A DNA stretch of 64,000 nt from Pecten maximus. Taxonomy: Eukaryota. Positions within the stretch are counted from its first letter, which is position 1. Each line of letters begins with the position of its first letter. Made by a program: the position numbers and the translations under genes. Shown here one piece after another: positions 61,401 through 64,000 of the stretch. Below the pieces are notes generated by a model. The model did no database searches, was not told where the DNA came from, and was given only the letters and a program-made list of their open reading frames with translations. The stretch covers positions 3,658,001 to 3,722,000 of the forward strand of contig NC_047023.1 of assembly GCF_902652985.1 (NCBI RefSeq). Reading direction: 5' to 3'.

Positions 61401-61799
61401 TAGTTTGTAACTTTAGTAATTAGCAATATGTGAAAACAAAAGCATAGCTTTGTCTACAAGCAAGTATATACTCTTGTTTACAATAGCAACCGTCTCAACA
61501 ATAACAATGGCAAAGATACAATGACAGACATCTGGGGAAAATGTAGAATATTTAGGTGTGTAAAGCTGCTGTAACACAAAAGAAGCTCTAAAACTTTCAA
61601 CTTGACTGCGTACAAAAACAAAACATAACTTCAAAGTCTACTACAGTACTGGTCATATCTGCCCATCAACATGCCTTACCAGATCAGAAAATGACTCTTG
61701 CTTTGCGAGAGGAGCTGGAGAGTTTTTGGGGCGTCTTTTCGGTTGGTAGTCTCTCTCTACAACAATTGACGGCCTGAGAGGACGATCCGATTTCGTCTC
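28148..61799 (-). CDS. MYO9A: Unconventional myosin class IX tail (C1 domain + RhoGAP + coiled coil), multi-exon; the motor domain would lie beyond the window
   Basis: Spliced translation gives C1 (HKF...PTFCEFC...VCQVCKYTCHRKC...C), then RhoGAP (FGAPL; GLYTVGVYRKSG; LASTLKKYFVELPEPLLTF; NKMSVSGLSIIFAPCLLR), then QEQLYKLKSTLEDISTLE and the C-terminus EIMV. This order matches myosin-IX. It is the invertebrate co-ortholog of MYO9A/B, so the symbol is approximate. Confidence 0.9.
29198..31930 (-). mobile_element. HINE-like element, 5'-truncated, with ~16 copies of the 155-bp repeat
   Basis: Reverse complement of 11622-13053 starting from its 3' terminus (aacaagagatcccagagggatcttggcgcccacc). The microsatellite end is absent. 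Confidence 0.88.
35165..36028. repeat. 36-39-bp TG-rich minisatellite, block 1
   Basis: Unit acatggtgtatagattgacagtgtatttgtgtgtgagta with length variants. Confidence 0.96.
37214..40858. repeat. Same minisatellite, block 2 (~95 copies; variant unit after ~40420)
   Basis: Accounts for the spurious 1085-, 872- and 703-aa ORFs. Confidence 0.97.
41768..41919 (-). CDS. MYO9A: MYO9 exon (DNLTSNLPNLECRHLSSDDEVLS...EYALTFELP)
   Basis: ttgcag|A ... CAG|gtaaac. SDDE motif. Confidence 0.88.
42357..42481 (-). CDS. MYO9A: MYO9 exon (SPIEEKKR...EEMALRSHIRSIKKEK)
   Basis: ctacag|AGT ... AA|gtgggt. Phases fit the neighbouring exons. Confidence 0.87.
42715..42844 (-). CDS. MYO9A: MYO9 exon (VINHIIQEQLYKLKSTLEDISTLETAAETATDRLNVVRASMRK)
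   Basis: gtgtag|G ... AAG|gtaggc. End of GAP domain and coiled coil. Confidence 0.92.
43093..43224 (-). CDS. MYO9A: MYO9 RhoGAP exon (VAHHEAFNKMSVSGLSIIFAPCLLR...)
   Basis: ttacag|G ... AA|gtaaga. NKM...FAPCLL motif. Confidence 0.95.
43394..44352. repeat. 25-bp minisatellite split by a ~460-bp insertion
   Basis: Unit aaataaatcactcaggaatacagtg at 43394-43636 and 44097-44352. Confidence 0.95.
43636..44097. mobile_element. Palindrome-bearing non-autonomous element (Crypton-like?) inserted in the satellite
   Basis: Interrupts the unit aatac|agtg. Contains ~60-bp inverted arms at 43658-43791; no TIRs and no clear TSD. Confidence 0.65.
44468..44573 (-). CDS. MYO9A: MYO9 RhoGAP exon (IQDEKERIQSLYAVIEKLPKANYDLFERLIFHLAR)
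   Basis: taacag|AT ... AG|gtatta. Confidence 0.95.
44579..45847. repeat. 37-39-bp minisatellite, ~33 copies, abutting a MYO9 acceptor
   Basis: Unit acacagaaagtaaacttaatatctcaacaaccctac. Confidence 0.96.
46051..46179 (-). CDS. MYO9A: MYO9 RhoGAP exon (LTDIDLVEFNIHTLASTLKKYFVELPEPLLTFDLYDDFIRTT)
   Basis: tttcag|AT ... CAG|gtaagt. Confidence 0.95.
46417..46612 (-). CDS. MYO9A: MYO9 RhoGAP exon with arginine finger (AGTSRCVFGAPL...GVYRKSGANAKVK...)
   Basis: ttccag|GCT ... AAG|gtaagc. GxYRxSG motif. Confidence 0.96.
47480..47755. repeat. Degenerate ~74-bp AT-rich tandem repeat x4
   Basis: aacagtggtttgatatt...aaaataaatggaaaatgaaagtaacaatgct recurs. Confidence 0.75.
51122..51195 (-). CDS. MYO9A: MYO9 C1 domain exon 2 (VCKYTCHRKCVTKSSNTCKGVHDTQ)
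   Basis: tttcag|TT ... CAG|gtaaat. Confidence 0.93.
51215..51341. repeat. 51-bp tandem repeat x2.5
   Basis: Unit accatcattctcatataccctctgtatatgtaacactttgctctaagtacg. Confidence 0.9.
51589..51694 (-). CDS. MYO9A: MYO9 C1 domain exon 1 (EYQGHKFSQVQFGIPTFCEFCNNIIWIMEKGSVCQ)
   Basis: ttccag|GAA ... AAG|gtagat. Confidence 0.95.
51729..51867. repeat. 42-bp tandem repeat x3.3
   Basis: atttacaataccagttacttacatcaag... recurs. Confidence 0.85.
52378..52611 (-). CDS. MYO9A: MYO9 exon (KIEVHVPYRDIFAKF...MGINAFRGFLDEFIK...KKKDVL)
   Basis: ttacag|AAA ... TTG|gtatgt. NxFxxFLDEF helix preceding C1 in myosin-IX. Confidence 0.92.
53008..53127. repeat. Inverted repeat (~50-bp arms)
   Basis: tttcaaacaaatttacctgtatta / taatacaggtaaatttgtttgaaa. 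Confidence 0.85.
53226..53342 (-). CDS. MYO9A: MYO9 exon (LLAYNKDCSRRDTIFDAVFKRSLREFHIEMQALISVEKK)
   Basis: tttcag|CTT ... AAG|gtaagt. DTxxDxVFKxxLxEF motif. Confidence 0.92.
53609..53901 (-). CDS. MYO9A: MYO9 exon (VGVSVLPVGELSAPK...LDEFIHKK)
   Basis: ttcccag|TT ... AAA|gtaggt. Matches supplied ORF 53579-53890. Confidence 0.9.
54333..55283 (-). repeat. 44/45-bp minisatellite, ~21 copies, derived from a MYO9 exon end plus donor
   Basis: Minus-strand unit gtgtataatcctcgRcaccaag|gtaggtaattatactgacgact. Confidence 0.95.
55262..55306 (-). CDS. MYO9A: MYO9 45-nt symmetric exon (SCDSRAESVYNPRHQ)
   Basis: atactag|GT ... AAG|gtaggt. Phase 1-1, open frame; no homology support. Confidence 0.65.
55485..55568 (-). 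CDS. MYO9A: MYO9 84-nt symmetric exon (ANKKGKKDSQDDSDEDEVLQHGPELHTR)
   Basis: ttatacag|CT ... A|gtacgt. Phase 1-1. Confidence 0.75.
56311..57012. repeat. 33-bp minisatellite, ~21 copies
   Basis: Unit ttcagaaatctcttacttcacagcaacctttta. Confidence 0.93.
57935..58018 (-). CDS. Candidate MYO9 cassette exon (DLKESNKSCNAYHLMRHRPSLRFLHREK)
   Basis: aactag|AT ... A|gtgagt. 84 nt, phase 1-1, open; inferred from sequence only. Confidence 0.45.
59233..59422 (-). CDS. MYO9A: MYO9 exon (ESSPTSPDTIVISRDKLQEIDDCLKK...RRARRQFKNIMG)
   Basis: gtttag|GAA ... GAG|gtgaag. Matches ORF 59201-59392. Confidence 0.8.
61680..61799 (-). CDS. MYO9A: Probable MYO9 exon (ETKSDRPLRPSIVVERDYQPKRRPKNSPAPLAKQESFSDL)
   Basis: ttaaag|GAG ... 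CTG|gtaagg. 120 nt, phase 0-0, GC-richer than its flanks. Confidence 0.65.
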
Positions 61800-62629
61800 C
61801 TTTAATCAACAACACATCATTGTAAAGCAACCAGCCACCACCTCCACACAGATGAGTACCAAAGATCTCCCTTGGAGTTACCTCCCTTAGCAAGCACTCT
61901 TTCCAAAGTATGGTGCTTAGAACACCAATAAAACTGCCTATATTTATATCTGTTTATACATAACCCCCTACAATGCAGTGAATACATGTTTTAAATTTAG
62001 TAGGATGCAATTTGTATGAGAGCAAGCAAGCTATATGGAGTTGAGTCATGAATTTGATTGGTTTATACATGGTTACTCAGTGAGTAAGCACATTATCTGT
62101 AAGATAGGAGGATGCATGAGCAGACTGAGTGAGGGTTCCATGCCAGGTCAAGTGAGCCACTACTTGTTATAACCCTACCTATACCCATAACTCATCCTTA
62201 CTCTAGTCATATTACGTCCCAAATCAGTGATTGATGATCAATTGATCGAGTCTTAAAGTTCTAAAATATGTTCAGGTTCTTTCGTCATTTACCATGATTC
62301 ATTTTTTAATCCTTCATCATCTTTTAGGAATTCTTTCAGAGAAAACCGACATCTCTTGAATTATATCTAGCAACAGCGGTGGGTATAAGTGTTCTACATT
62401 CCTAATGTCCAGTAAAGGCCTTCTCCACCCCAATATTATCACCAATGATCACAATAAATATTATCTAAGTCTCTCCTATCTACAGTTATAGTCTGAAGCT
62501 GGTGACAAATATACAACTAACTCACTATTTCTGTAGAAGCACACAGTTTCAGATAAAGACTACAATTTTCCTTCATTTCCATTTTTAAACTGTTACTCAA
62601 ATTTAAATCAATATACTGTATAGACATGC

Positions 62630-63166
62630 TCTATCTCTCTCTATATATATCTGATCTCCATAGTAACAGTTATCTCTATCTCTCTCTATATATATCTGAT
62701 CTCCATAGTAACAGTTATCTCTATCTCTCTCTATATATATCTGATCTCCATAGTAACAGTAATCTCTATCTCTCTCTATATATATCTGATCTCCATAGTA
62801 ACAGTTATCTCTATCTCTCTCTATATATATCTGATCTCCATAGTAACAGTTATCTCTATCTCTCTCTATATATATCTGATCTCCATAGTAACAGTTATCT
62901 CTATCTCTCTCTATATATATCTGATCTCCATCGTAACAGTAATCTCTATCTCTCTCTATATATATCTGATCTCCATCGTAACAGTAATCTCTATCTCTCT
63001 ATATATATATCTGACCTCCATAGTAACAGTAATCTCTATCTCTCTCTATATATATCTGATCTCCATAGTAACAGTTATCTCTATCTCTCTCTATATATAT
63101 CTGATCTCCATAGTAACAGTTATCTCTATCTCTCTCTATATATATCTGATCTCCATAGTAACAGTA
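62630..63166. repeat. 45-bp minisatellite, 12 copies
   Basis: Unit tctctatctctctctatatatatctgatctccatagtaacagtta. Confidence 0.96.
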
Positions 63167-64000
63167 ATGAAGGAAGACAATTTTATGACTCATGCCCTGA
63201 CCAGGCCTCCAACTAACAATCTACAGCCACCTAAATGCCTAGCCAGAAATACCCACAGCTTATACTACTGTGCCACATCATATATAAAATGCCTTACTTG
63301 TGTCATGTTTAAATATTTTTTGCGATGAACAAGTGCCATTGTAAGCAAATTCAGTAAATTTAGTATTTTTTGCCTGCTTGACTATGGTTCCTGTCGTTGC
63401 TAACTGTTTAATGTCCCAATATCTGTTTATCAAAATGGCCTTTCCTTCCCCTAACCTCAGGAAATTCATCCATCCCCAAACCTCTGAACCCAAATCACCA
63501 AGATCCCAGAATAAAGCTATCAAATGAAAACCTTGGTAATCCCACTAGTAATGAAAACATTCCTGACGTCTTGTATCAATCAAAAAAGAAGTGACCACGT
63601 TCCCTTAACGAAGTGACTGTGTTGAGAAGTATGACTTACAGAAGGTGGGGGAAGGAAAGGCAAATCTACAAATCAACGGATCTAATAAGTCACTAAGCCT
63701 TCTCCAAAGTGATAAAATACTGATAACCATCTACATCACTCACAACATGCATGGGGAATGAGAGAAAAAAATAAATGATGAGAAGATAGAAATGTTTACC
63801 CCGTCTGTCTGGAATGCCTTGGCAAGGTCTGAAACCCTGAAATTGAAAAAAAATATATATTATGAACAAATTCAAGATCTGGAATCCTGAAAAAGAGAAA
63901 TTAATATTATCTACAGATTCAAGATCTGATACCCTGAAATGGAAAATTTCTCATTTTGACATTTCGTTTTTCCACAGGCAGATTTTGTAAAACTCTACAG

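Noticed and set aside
61684-61893. Supplied 69-aa ORF as the MYO9 exon frame
   Set aside because: It stops before the donor at 61679. A different frame (61680-61799) splices in phase with the next exon.
62626-63216. 196-aa Leu/Ser/Tyr ORF
   Set aside because: Translation of a 45-bp low-complexity minisatellite, antisense within a MYO9 intron.

Overview
AT-rich, intron-rich metazoan genomic DNA. The repeat families suggest a bivalve mollusc (inference). Two genes converge tail-to-tail. (1) On the + strand is the 3' part of HMG-CoA reductase (HMGCR): 14 coding exons traced from 2378 to the stop at 17330, with consistent GT-AG boundaries and phases. (2) On the - strand is the tail region of a class IX myosin (MYO9-like): C1 zinc finger, RhoGAP, coiled coil and C-terminus ...DEIMV*, with 16 exons traced from 61799 down to 28148 plus one candidate cassette exon. 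Introns and the intergenic gap are packed with about 25 minisatellites, Helentron-associated (HINE-like) elements carrying 155-157 bp tandem repeats, SINEs, a Tigger-like DNA-transposon derivative and long palindromes. Most long ORFs in the supplied track are artefacts of the tandem repeats. The main unexpected pattern is that four separate tandem arrays (1-2175, 2932-3120, 7280-7650, 54333-55283) are amplified copies of the 3' end of a coding exon plus its own 5' splice site, so they form runs of decoy donors. One of them (96 bp unit) is fully open and in frame with HMGCR. Also notable: a capping-protein-interaction (CPI)-like motif in the last MYO9 exon, and a Ser/Thr coding minisatellite directly after the conserved HMGCR HNRS phosphoregulatory serine. 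Exon calls come from reading frame, splice consensus and recalled homology only; no search was run.
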